Part shown: piece by piece, positions 1 to 8,823 of the stretch
How the letters are laid out: each line of letters opens with the position of its first letter
How positions within the stretch are numbered: position 1 is the first letter of the stretch
Origin: an uncultured Muribaculaceae bacterium
Lineage (GTDB): Bacteria > Bacillota_I > Bacilli_A > RF39 > UBA660
Direction of reading: 5' to 3'
DNA length: 26,906 nucleotides
Assembly: GCA_964407685.1 (NCBI GenBank)
Contig: CAYOWI010000015.1
Span: 1-26,906 of the forward strand
Notes under the pieces: model-generated
What the model saw: the letters and a program-made list of their open reading frames with translations, nothing else
Told to the model about the DNA's origin: nothing
Databases searched by the model: none
Program-made: the position numbers and the translations under genes

Positions 1-64
1 AAAAATAAGATATAAATATTAAATTATTTACATCTTAAAGTATACTTGTAATTTGCTTACAACT

Positions 65-96
65 TGTCCACAAAATTAAATTTAATTTTGCGGACA
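65..96 (+). promoter_or_regulatory. 32-bp near-perfect palindrome (operator-like) upstream of the Ppx/GppA-like gene
   Basis: TGTCCACAAAATTAAA (65-80) directly abuts its reverse complement TTTAATTTTGCGGACA (81-96). 15 of 16 positions pair; the only mismatch is 70/91. A further half-site copy, GACAAGT (102-108), is complementary to ACTTGTC (62-68). The element lies 34 nt upstream of the ATG at 130. Confidence 0.4.
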
Positions 97-129
97 GAAT
101 AGACAAGTCCAAAGAAAGGAATAGTTTAT

Positions 130-1023
130 ATGCATAATAAGAAATTGGCAATAATAGAAATTGGCAGTAATAATACTAAAACGCATATTTATGGTAATGA
201 TGACTTGATATATGAAGATAATACAACCATAGAATTTAAGAAAAATTATCAAAAAGGTCACAAAATAAATGATGATGATTTATATCTTCTTAACAAGATA
301 ATAGAAAAAGCACTAGAATATACAAATGAAGTGCATATATATGGGTGTAGTATTTTCAGAAATATTTCCAATGAAGAATTAGAAAATATAAATTTGAAAA
401 TAAAGAATAAATACAATTTAGAAATAGAAGTTGTATCCCAAGACGATGAAGCTTATTATACAGCTTTAGGTTGTTATAATAATATTGATTACGAAAGAAA
501 TATATGCATATTTATTGGTGGTGGAGGGTCTATTGAACTTATATTTGTTAATAATAAAAAAGTTATTGATAAAAAATATTATAATTTTGGAGTAGTAGAT
601 ATTACTAGAGAATTTGATAGTTTGAAAGAAGATATTCCAACTTGTACTTTTGAAGAAGTATATAATTATGTTGACGGTTTAATTGGCAATATAGAAATTG
701 AATCAGATATTTTGATTTTGGCAGGTGGAGATCATTTATATTGGTATAATAATGCTAAATATAATTTATTAGAAAATTCTTTATATGATTGTGATAATCA
801 AAAATATATGATAACTAAAGAAATGAACAATCAATATGACCGCGATGCACTTATTACGTCTTTAGAAGCAATAAGGCAAAATAGTGATAATCCATTATGG
901 TTTGATGGTTCAAGAGCAATGAAAGTAATTACAAATTTAATTTCTCATAAAGTAAATGCAAAGTATATTATTCCAACAAAAATTAATATGGAAGATGGAT
1001 TAAAAGAAAAATTAAATAGTTGA
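130..1023 (+). CDS. Ppx/GppA-family (ASKHA fold) phosphatase-like protein
   Basis: 297-aa ORF with an aaaggaa RBS upstream. The N-terminal LAIIEIGSNNTK and central IFIGGGGSIELIF resemble the phosphate-binding motifs of Ppx/GppA or actin-like ATPase-fold proteins. The length fits a single domain. The family call rests on motif recall only. Confidence 0.5.
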   Translation: MHNKKLAIIEIGSNNTKTHIYGNDDLIYEDNTTIEFKKNYQKGHKINDDDLYLLNKIIEKALEYTNEVHIYGCSIFRNISNEELENINLKIKNKYNLEIEVVSQDDEAYYTALGCYNNIDYERNICIFIGGGGSIELIFVNNKKVIDKKYYNFGVVDITREFDSLKEDIPTCTFEEVYNYVDGLIGNIEIESDILILAGGDHLYWYNNAKYNLLENSLYDCDNQKYMITKEMNNQYDRDALITSLEAIRQNSDNPLWFDGSRAMKVITNLISHKVNAKYIIPTKINMEDGLKEKLNS

Positions 1024-1084
1024 TAATAGTTGTTAATTAGGTATTAAAGGAAAAATAAAAATAATACTTCTTTCTATATATTAA

Positions 1085-1117
1085 AAAATACTGTGGAAAA
1101 CAATCCCAGTATTTTTT
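1085..1117 (+). terminator. Rho-independent terminator after the Ppx-like gene
   Basis: aaatactg(t)gg ... cccagtattt stem (about 8+2 bp) followed by a T-run at 1112-1117. Confidence 0.55.
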
Positions 1118-1175
1118 AATATACTTTAATTTCTTAAATCCGGTTTTTGTGTTATAATTAAAAATAGGTGATTAT

Positions 1176-2274
1176 ATGGAAATTACTAATAAAGATGTTA
1201 ATACTCTAAGCGAATCATTGATTAAAATATGGGGGTCTCTTTGACTTAGATAATAAAATCAAAAAAATAACATTACTTGAGGAAGCTTGTAAAAATCCTT
1301 TGTTTTGGAATGATCCTAAAAAAGCCGAAGAAATAATTAGAGAACTTAATTCATTAAAAGAAATTGTAACTCCTATTATTAAGATAAAGGACAATATAGA
1401 TTTATTAAAAATGTGTATTTCTTCTGAACTTGATAAAGAGGAAACAATGGAATATGAATCAATTTATAATGAAACGTTAGTTCTTTTAAAGGAACAAGAA
1501 ATATCCTCTTTCTTAAGTGGAGAATACGATTTAAAAAATACTATTTTTGAAATTCACGCTGGTGCTGGTGGAACAGAAAGTCAAGATTGGGCTCAAATGC
1601 TACTTAGAATGTACTTAAAATATTTTGATAAAAAAGGTTTCAAATGTGAAATACTTGATGAGCAGCCTGGCGAAGAGGTAGGCGTTAAAAGCGTTGTTTG
1701 CATAGTAAAAGGAAGCTATGCTTATGGGTATTTAAAATCAGAAAAAGGTGTTCATCGGTTAGTAAGATTATCGCCTTTTGATTCTAATAACAGAAGGCAC
1801 ACATCTTTTGCGGCGGTAGATATTATACCGGAGTTTGATGATAATATAAATATCCAAATAAATGATTCTGATATAAGAATTGATGTTTATAGAAGTAGTG
1901 GCGCTGGAGGGCAAGGGGTTAATACTACGGATAGTGCTGTAAGGGTAACACATATTCCTACTGGTATAGTTGTTACTTGCCAAAATGAACGTAGTCAAAT
2001 AAAAAATAAAGAAACAGCTTTAAAAGTATTAAAAAGTAAATTATACCAATTAGAGCAAAAGAAACAAAAAGATAAACTAGACTCGGCAAAAAGTAATAAT
2101 AGTGGTATAGAATTTGGGTCTCAAATTAGAAGTTACGTAATGCATCCATATTCGATGGTAAAGGATCATAGAACAGGATATGAGACTTCAAATGTTAATA
2201 AGGTTATGGATGGTAACATAGATGAATTTATAGATAGTTATTTAAGAAAGGAAAAACAAAATGAAACTTTTTAA
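1176..2274 (+). CDS. prfB: Peptide chain release factor 2, expressed through a programmed +1 frameshift
   Basis: ATG at 1176 (RBS aggtga) opens a 22-codon frame ending ...TGG GGG TCT CTT TGA C (1230-1245). The +1 frame continues from GAC at 1243 to 2274. The downstream frame carries the SPF tripeptide (RLSPFDS) and the GGQ motif (SGAGGQGVN). The TTG 1300 start in the ORF track is an artefact of the frameshift. Confidence 0.92.
1231..1245 (+). promoter_or_regulatory. prfB: RF2 autoregulatory +1 frameshift site (internal SD-like GGGGG, then CTT TGA C)
   Basis: gggggtctCTTTGAC matches the canonical prfB recoding signal: an SD-like element 3 nt before the slippery CUU, followed by UGA with a 3' C. 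Confidence 0.88.
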
Positions 2275-3169
2275 GAGGCTTAAAGAAAAGCGAAAGCAAA
2301 ATATACTACAACTTGTTGAAAAAACTCATTTATTAAAAAGGTATGTTTTATTAGTTATAGCGGTTGCAATTTATGCAGTAGCATACAATTTATTCTTTTT
2401 CAAAAATAATATTGTCTATGGAGGAGCTAGTGGTATATCAATAATTACGCAGAGCTTAATAGAACCATCCGTGATGATATTAATATTAAATGTATTTTTC
2501 CTAACTTTGAGTTTTTTCTTGCTAGGAAAAAAACAAACCCTTGATTCGGTTGTTGGATCACTTTTATTTCCCATTTTTGTAAAACTTACTTCTAATATAG
2601 GTAATTATATAGTAATTGATAACTCTGATTTGCTCCTAATTACTATTATTGGGGGTGTTTGTGTAGGATTTGCCGCTGGTATTGTTTTTAAAAGTGGATT
2701 TACAACTGGTGGTACAGATATATTGAACCAAATTGTTTCTAAATATTTCAAAGTATCAATCGGTACCGCGATGTTAATGACTGACGGAATAATTGTTTTA
2801 ATCGGTGGTTTTTTCTTTGGATGGACCAGGGTGTTGTATGCCATGATAGTTCTATATATAATAAACATAATGGTGGATAAAGTGGTACTTGGAATATCCG
2901 GAAATAAGGCAGTTTATATTACTACTAATGAGGACGATAGGGTATGTGATTACCTGTTAAATGAGCTAAAATTAGGTATTACCTTAATAGAAACAAGAGG
3001 TGGATATACTAATAAAAAAGATCAAATTATTATGTGCGTAGTTCCTACTGGAGAATATTTTAAAGTAAGCGAGGGTATTGAGCAAATTGATCCAAAAGCA
3101 GTTGTGCTTGTAACTGATGCTTACCAAACTAGTGGAACTTATAGTGGAGATAATAGTAGTATTGCTTAG
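2261..3169 (+). CDS. YitT-family membrane protein (with a C-terminal DUF2179-like domain)
   Basis: 302-aa ORF that overlaps the prfB end by 14 nt. It has multiple hydrophobic segments, GGASGIS and TTGGTDIL motifs, and a soluble C-terminal ITLIETRGGYTNKKDQIIMCVV region typical of YitT/DUF2179 proteins. Confidence 0.7.
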   Translation: MKLFKRLKEKRKQNILQLVEKTHLLKRYVLLVIAVAIYAVAYNLFFFKNNIVYGGASGISIITQSLIEPSVMILILNVFFLTLSFFLLGKKQTLDSVVGSLLFPIFVKLTSNIGNYIVIDNSDLLLITIIGGVCVGFAAGIVFKSGFTTGGTDILNQIVSKYFKVSIGTAMLMTDGIIVLIGGFFFGWTRVLYAMIVLYIINIMVDKVVLGISGNKAVYITTNEDDRVCDYLLNELKLGITLIETRGGYTNKKDQIIMCVVPTGEYFKVSEGIEQIDPKAVVLVTDAYQTSGTYSGDNSSIA

Positions 3170-3189
3170 AAGTAAAGGAAGGGATTTAA

Positions 3190-3888
3190 ATGGAATTTAT
3201 TAGGTTTAAGAACGTTGATAAAACGTATAAAAATGGTGTTAACGCAGTTTACAATATGAATTTAGATATAAAAAAGGGCGAATTTGTGTTCGTAATTGGT
3301 GCTTCAGGATCTGGGAAATCAACTTTAATAAAGATGCTATATCGTGAGGAAAAACCAACAAGTGGCGAAATTTATGTTGGTGGTGTTAACGTTGCTAAAG
3401 TAAAAAATAACAAAGTTTATAAGTTAAGAAGAAAAATAGGGATAGTCTTTCAAGATTATAAATTATTACCTAAATTAACTGTTTATGAAAATGTTGCTTT
3501 TGCTCTTGAAATATATGGATTACCAACGGAAGAAATAAAAAGAAAAGTTTTAAAAGCATTAGATCTTGTTGGTCTTAAGTCTAGAACGAAGAGCTATCCT
3601 GATCAATTATCTGGTGGAGAGCAACAAAGAGTCGCAATAGCAAGGGCTATTGTTAATTCGCCAAAATTATTAATTTGTGATGAACCTACTGGTAATTTGG
3701 ATCCGGATACTAGTTTAGAAGTTATGAAGATAATTGAAAAGATAAATGATTTGGGGACAACGATAGTTATGGCAACTCATGATAGAGAAATGGTAGATAA
3801 AATGAAAAAAAGAGTAGTTATGTTAGATAATGGTAAATTAGCTAAAGATTATGAGAAGGGAAGTTATAGTAATTATGAAGGCGCTTAG
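3190..3888 (+). CDS. ftsE: Cell-division ABC ATPase FtsE
   Basis: Walker A GASGSGKST, signature LSGGEQQRVAIARA, and Walker B LLICDEPTGNLD. It sits immediately upstream of, and overlaps, an ftsX-type permease gene. Confidence 0.9.
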   Translation: MEFIRFKNVDKTYKNGVNAVYNMNLDIKKGEFVFVIGASGSGKSTLIKMLYREEKPTSGEIYVGGVNVAKVKNNKVYKLRRKIGIVFQDYKLLPKLTVYENVAFALEIYGLPTEEIKRKVLKALDLVGLKSRTKSYPDQLSGGEQQRVAIARAIVNSPKLLICDEPTGNLDPDTSLEVMKIIEKINDLGTTIVMATHDREMVDKMKKRVVMLDNGKLAKDYEKGSYSNYEGA

Positions 3889-4774
3889 AATATTTTTTAG
3901 AAACATAAGAGATGGATTTAAGAGTGTTGGAAGAAACCTTAGTTTATCATTAGCTTCAATTTCATGTATAACAATAACACTTTTGATTGTTGCTATAGCA
4001 CTTATTGTTTCATATAATGTTGAAAGTGTTACAAAAAGGGTTAAAGAAGATTTTACTATTGTTGCCTTTGTTGATGTTTCTGCTACTGAAGCTCAAATAA
4101 ATGATTTGAAAAAAGAAATTTCTGGTTATGAAAACGTAGAAACGATTACTCACCAATCGAAAAAAGAAATAGCAAATGAAATGAAAAATACATCAAGTGA
4201 CTTAGCGAAGATAATAGATAGTTGGTCTGATGATAATAATCCGTTATATGATACTATGTTAGTAAAAGTAAAAGATACCGAAACTATTTCTAAAACGGCT
4301 GAAAAAATCAATGACTTGAAATTAATAACTGATGTTAAATATGGTCAAGGTATGGTAGAAAACTTACTTTCTATTTTTAAAGGTGTTGAAAAAGCTATGA
4401 TGATTGCAATGATTGCATTAGTATTAGTAGCCTTATTTTTAATAACTAATACGATAAAAATAACTATTTTCTCAAGAAAAAAGGAAATAGAAATAATGAG
4501 ACTTGTTGGTGCCTCAAACTTTTCTATTAAACAGCCTTTTGTTATAGAAGGGTTATGCTTAGGATTTTTAGGGTCATTGATACCAATAATAATAACTATT
4601 TATGGTTACTCAGCATTATATAATCACTTTAGTGGGCAATTATTTTCTCCATTCTTTAAGCTTGTTGTGGCTGAACCTTTTGTTTACGTAATAGCGCTAA
4701 TCTTAGTGGGACTAGGCGTTGTTGTTGGTATGATTGGTAGTTATCGTGCAGTAAGGAAATATTTAAAGATATGA
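3875..4774 (+). CDS. ftsX: Cell-division permease-like protein FtsX
   Basis: The topology fits FtsX: one TM segment, a roughly 110-aa extracellular loop, then three C-terminal TM segments containing MRLVGASNFSIKQPF. I prefer ATG 3875 (MKALRIFFRN, RBS gaagggaag) over ATG 3851. With that start the gene overlaps ftsE by 14 nt. Confidence 0.85.
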   Translation: MKALRIFFRNIRDGFKSVGRNLSLSLASISCITITLLIVAIALIVSYNVESVTKRVKEDFTIVAFVDVSATEAQINDLKKEISGYENVETITHQSKKEIANEMKNTSSDLAKIIDSWSDDNNPLYDTMLVKVKDTETISKTAEKINDLKLITDVKYGQGMVENLLSIFKGVEKAMMIAMIALVLVALFLITNTIKITIFSRKKEIEIMRLVGASNFSIKQPFVIEGLCLGFLGSLIPIIITIYGYSALYNHFSGQLFSPFFKLVVAEPFVYVIALILVGLGVVVGMIGSYRAVRKYLKI

Positions 4775-5973
4775 TAAAGAAAACTTTGAAATATGGTGTA
4801 GTAATATTAATAGCGCTTTTAATACCAATAACTACCATAAATGCCAAAACAATAGCTGAATTAGAAAAAGAATTAGAAGCGGCAGAAAAAAAGTTGAATG
4901 ATACGAACGTAAAAAAAGCTGCTAATAATCAGGATATTAACGAAACTAATAATAAGATAAGTACAATAAAATCAAACATAGAAAAAATTAATTCTGATAT
5001 AGATGTAAAAACAAAAGAAAGTGAGCAACTAGAAAAAGATATCACCTTAAAAAATAAAGAAACCGAAGAATTAATGAGATATTATCAAGTCACTTCATCG
5101 GGCTCTACCATGCTAGAGTATATCATGGGAGCAGAAAGCATGACGGATCTTGTATATAGGTTGGCAATAACTGAACAAATCACTAATTATAACAAAAAAG
5201 TAGTAAAAGAAATGAACGATATGATAAAGCAAAACGAAGTTATAAAAAAGGATTTAGAGCAGAAGAAAGCTGAATTAACGTCATTAAAATCAGAGTTAGA
5301 TATACAATTAACTGTATTACAAAAGAAAAGTAGCGAGCTTGATAAAGATGGTATATCCGAGGAAAATAGTATAAAGGAAATTAAAAAAAATATAAAAAGT
5401 TATGTAGATATGGGATGTGATAGAAACGAATCAATTGATGCATGTTATGCTAGAAAATTTGGTTCAGGTTATTTGCCAAGTGGTACAACTTTTTATAGAC
5501 CTACAACATCAGGGAGAATAACAAGCGAATTTGGACTTAGAGATTTATTAGGCTCGCCTAATAATCATTATGCAATTGATATAGGTATGCCAACGGGTAC
5601 TCCTGTATATTCTATATCCGATGGTATTGTTGCATATACTGGAAATTATTGTGGTAATGCTATTGTAATATGGCATAACGTAAATGGAAAAACTTATTCA
5701 TCTTTATATTGCCATTTATCTACAATAAATGTTAAGAAAAATCAAATAGTAACAAAAGATACGGTAATTGCTAAGTCAGGTTGTACCGGTAAATGTTATG
5801 GGGCTCATCTTCATTTGGGTTTAGCTACAGGAAAATTTATGCAAGATTATACAAATTATAGTAGAACATACGATAAAAAAGGAAATGAGCTACCAAGTTT
5901 TGCAAAATATACATTTAATCCTAGAAATGTTATAACATTTCCAGCCAAAGGATCTAGTTATTACAATAGATAA
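4771..5973 (+). CDS. Secreted coiled-coil M23 (LytM-type) peptidoglycan endopeptidase, probable FtsEX partner
   Basis: The start overlaps the ftsX stop (ATGA at 4771-4774). It has an N-terminal signal/TM segment, a heptad-rich region of about 180 aa, and a C-terminal M23 domain with HYAIDIG (HxxxD) and HLHLG (HxH) metal ligands intact. Confidence 0.8.
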   Translation: MIKKTLKYGVVILIALLIPITTINAKTIAELEKELEAAEKKLNDTNVKKAANNQDINETNNKISTIKSNIEKINSDIDVKTKESEQLEKDITLKNKETEELMRYYQVTSSGSTMLEYIMGAESMTDLVYRLAITEQITNYNKKVVKEMNDMIKQNEVIKKDLEQKKAELTSLKSELDIQLTVLQKKSSELDKDGISEENSIKEIKKNIKSYVDMGCDRNESIDACYARKFGSGYLPSGTTFYRPTTSGRITSEFGLRDLLGSPNNHYAIDIGMPTGTPVYSISDGIVAYTGNYCGNAIVIWHNVNGKTYSSLYCHLSTINVKKNQIVTKDTVIAKSGCTGKCYGAHLHLGLATGKFMQDYTNYSRTYDKKGNELPSFAKYTFNPRNVITFPAKGSSYYNR

Positions 5974-6014
5974 AAGAGTATTTTACTCATAATATGGGTA
6001 AAATACTCTTTTTG
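5973..6014 (+). terminator. Rho-independent terminator closing the prfB-to-M23 gene string
   Basis: AAAGAGTATTTTAC (5973-5986) pairs with GTAAAATACTCTTT (5998-6011), followed by a T-run. Confidence 0.75.
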
Positions 6015-6073
6015 ATATACAAATATTTTTAGTTATACTGATTTCAGGCTTATTATAAATTAAAACATATTTT

Positions 6074-7156
6074 ATGAATAATAAAAAATCTGATATAATA
6101 ATGGCAAGAGAGGTGGTAAGTTTGAAAAAAAGCAAAACAATAAAAGAAATCAATCCAGAAGAAGATAAAATATATAATCAAGATAATAATGGTGTATGGA
6201 TTAATCCCCTTTTGCACACAAAAGGATTTAAATTATACTTTTTATTTATGTTTTTAGTCTTCTTATTTTTTATAATTAATGGTTTTATAAAAGAATCTAT
6301 TAATTATGTAGAAAAAATTATCTTGGCAATAAACGTATTTTTCTTATTAACTATCATTATTATTTTCTTATTAAGAAGATTAATTATAAAATGGAAAATA
6401 AAAAGAGAAGAAAATCAAATATTAAAGATTTCTGATTTAAAATATTATAGGGATATTTTAGATGAAAGCTCTGTAGGTGTTTTAAGTTATTGTTATAATA
6501 GGAAAATTAATTACGAAGATATAATTGTAGCAACTATATTGATTTTTCAAAGAAATAATGTTTTTCAAATTGATAATGTAAAAAAAACAATAAGTCTTTC
6601 AAACAATAATAAAGCCATATTAAATGAATCCGAATCGTATTTTTATGAAAAAATTAAAAAAATAGGTAATACAATTACTTTTGAAGAGTTAAAAAATATT
6701 ATTGAAGATGGAATATTTAAAAATAATTTTATTAATTTGATAAAAAAGGATTCAAAACAAAATGGATATTTTAAAACTGAAAAATCTAATACAAACTTTT
6801 TTTTAATAGTTATATTAATTTATTCAATGTCAATTTTATTAGTTGCTTCATTTTTAGCTCAGTGTGAAATAATAGGAAAAAAAACAGCAATAATTTCTAT
6901 TTTATTTATTTTTTTATTACTATATTTTGCTTATATTGAGAGAAAAAATAATTATATAAGAACTCTGGAAGGAATAAAAATAACAGCTAAATTAGAAGGA
7001 CTTAAGAATTATATTAAAGATTTTTCAAATATGGAAGATAGGGATTTAAAAGAAATATTATTATGGGATTATTATATGGTTTATGCAATAATATTTAATT
7101 TAAAAGGAAGACTTGATAAAGAAGTTAAAGAATTATATAGATTGTTTTCGGAATAA
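6074..7156 (+). CDS. Orphan multi-pass membrane protein (DUF2207-like C-terminus); function unknown
   Basis: Extremely AT-rich 360-aa ORF with two TM segments near residues 50-100, a Lys/Asn-rich soluble middle, and two further TM segments. A C-terminal LEGLKNYIKDF...LLWDYYMVYAIIFNL stretch is reminiscent of DUF2207. The start is uncertain: TTG 6122 has the better RBS (agaggtgg). Confidence 0.5.
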   Translation: MNNKKSDIIMAREVVSLKKSKTIKEINPEEDKIYNQDNNGVWINPLLHTKGFKLYFLFMFLVFLFFIINGFIKESINYVEKIILAINVFFLLTIIIIFLLRRLIIKWKIKREENQILKISDLKYYRDILDESSVGVLSYCYNRKINYEDIIVATILIFQRNNVFQIDNVKKTISLSNNNKAILNESESYFYEKIKKIGNTITFEELKNIIEDGIFKNNFINLIKKDSKQNGYFKTEKSNTNFFLIVILIYSMSILLVASFLAQCEIIGKKTAIISILFIFLLLYFAYIERKNNYIRTLEGIKITAKLEGLKNYIKDFSNMEDRDLKEILLWDYYMVYAIIFNLKGRLDKEVKELYRLFSE

Positions 7157-7213
7157 CATATGAAAAAAATATAAAAAATTCATTAATAAGAAATGTATAA
7201 AAATAGTGATATA

Positions 7214-7485
7214 ATGTTTTACTTAGTATTAAAATTTAAGCCATCAGGTGATCAACCAGACGCTATAAAAGAGCTTTTCGAAGAAATCAAAAATGGAAAG
7301 AATATCAAGTTTTATTAGGGACAGCAGGAACCGGTAAAACTTTCACAATTGCAAACGTAATTAAGGAAGTTAACAAACCAACCTTAGTTTTTGCACATAA
7401 CAAAACGCTTGCGGGCCAGTTGTATTCTGAACTTAAGTAAATCTTTTCGAATAATCGAGTTTATTACTTTGTTTCATATTATGAC
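7214..7485 (+). pseudogene. uvrB: Inactivated duplicate of the uvrB 5' end (codons 1 to about 91)
   Basis: It aligns colinearly with 8824-9096 of intact uvrB, at roughly 80 percent nt identity by hand alignment. In a corrected frame it encodes ...[14 protein letters not shown]...[37 protein letters not shown] 1-nt deletion in the A-run near 7300 creates a TAG at 7316-7318. There is also a TAA at 7438-7440 where uvrB has GAG. No SD is present, and homology stops at about 7485. Confidence 0.88.
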
Positions 7486-7730
7486 ATTACATTGAAATCC
7501 TTATGATTTAGTGTTATTTTATCCCTTCAAAATACTAGGATAAACTTGAATAAGACTAAAGGTAAAAAAATGGGCCTTAAAACCTGACCTAAATCCATAA
7601 AATGGAATTAGTTACTATATTTTTATATCTAAAATGCACAAATATTAAAAAATAAGATAAAATAAGTGAAAAACAATTACAAAAGCTAACATCACTTTAT
7701 GTAGATGATAGCTCTATTAAAGTAGAATTT

Positions 7731-7763
7731 AAAACAAGAAAGTAATGGACTTTCTTGTTTTTA
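7731..7763 (+). terminator. Rho-independent terminator following a short gene fragment
   Basis: ACAAGAAAGT (7734-7743) pairs with ACTTTCTTGT (7749-7758) across a 5-nt loop, followed by TTTT. The flanking A/T run extends the stem. Confidence 0.7.
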
Positions 7764-8029
7764 TCAAGTGAAAGTTATATACCTTGAAATTAATAATGAA
7801 AAAATATAAAATAATGAATAGAAAAGAGAAAATTAAAAGAAAATTTAATTGAGTTTACACAGCTTATTGATGAACAAAACGTAGAAGACTCAAAAGGTGA
7901 ATTTGTTTGTACGGTATAATAATTTTTAATCTATATTTTGAGTATAGGCTTTTTGCTTTATAATATAAAAATATAGATTAATTTAGAATTAAATGATATC
8001 ATTATTATAGTATATAAAAGGAGAAAGAT

Positions 8030-8770
8030 ATGAAAAAAAACAAACTACAAATATTAAATTATCTCATTATAATTATAACTTTAATTCTATTTTTTTCATT
8101 GGTTTTTAATCCTAATATTGGTGTTAGTTATGTTACTGTAATAGTGACTTTCGGGTTGCTATCATTATTTACATTTATATGTGGTATAAAAATAAATGAA
8201 AAGAAAATATATAAAAACAATATCATTATATATATGATTTTATATTTTATATGCTTATTTTCTCTAACAATGCTTGTTGAAAGATTCGGAAGGCCATTAA
8301 CGAAAATAGGTAATTTTCAAGAATATTTAAGAGATATTAATATTATTCCATTTAAAACAATAATTAAATATTTAACGACTAAAATATCTTTAAAGGTTGT
8401 AATTTATAATATAATTGGTAATTTTATCGCTTTAATGCCATTATCATTTTTGCTTATGCTTAAAAATGATGAAAATATGAAATTATCGAAGCAGTTTGTT
8501 AAAATAAGTATAACCGTATTCGTAATAGAAATTTTACAGTTATTATTTTCTTGCGGAAAATTTGATATTGATGATTTTATTTTAAATGTTAGTGGCGCGC
8601 TTACTTTTAGTTATATAATGTTAAAAACTAATTTTATATCAAAAATAAAGAAAATATTTTCAACAAAACCAAAATTAAAAAAAATATTAGAAAATTTTTT
8701 ATTCTTAGTTATAATGTTTATGGTTATATTACTTGATATGTTATTAATTTATGAGTTAATTTTAGTGTAA
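8030..8770 (+). CDS. VanZ-like family membrane protein
   Basis: 246-aa ORF with a strong RBS (aaaggag). It has multiple TM segments and VanZ-type motifs: [24 protein letters not shown] and [25 protein letters not shown]. It ends 53 nt before the uvrB ATG. Confidence 0.65.
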   Translation: MKKNKLQILNYLIIIITLILFFSLVFNPNIGVSYVTVIVTFGLLSLFTFICGIKINEKKIYKNNIIIYMILYFICLFSLTMLVERFGRPLTKIGNFQEYLRDINIIPFKTIIKYLTTKISLKVVIYNIIGNFIALMPLSFLLMLKNDENMKLSKQFVKISITVFVIEILQLLFSCGKFDIDDFILNVSGALTFSYIMLKTNFISKIKKIFSTKPKLKKILENFLFLVIMFMVILLDMLLIYELILV

Positions 8771-8823
8771 TATATTTAATAAAAACTTTTAGGTTGGTAA
8801 TATTCATAAATAAGGAGGACGTT

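Larger units (their letters stand above)
7488..8823 (+). other. Inserted segment between the dead and live uvrB 5' ends (possible mobile-element or recombination remnant)
   Basis: Bounded by the two uvrB 5' copies. It contains only short broken reading frames, a strong terminator and one intact gene (VanZ-like). No integrase or transposase ORF is present. Confidence 0.4.

Noticed and set aside
1300-2274. TTG-initiated 324-aa ORF as a stand-alone prfB
   Set aside because: It lacks the RF2 N-terminus and an RBS. The upstream 22-codon frame plus the CTT TGA C site explains it as a single frameshifted gene starting at 1176.
7528-7599. 23-codon hydrophobic minus-strand ORF (MDLGQVLRPIFLPLVLFKFILVF) as a type I toxin
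   Set aside because: It has no SD, no identifiable promoter and no antisense RNA partner. It sits in decayed DNA, so the evidence is too weak to call.
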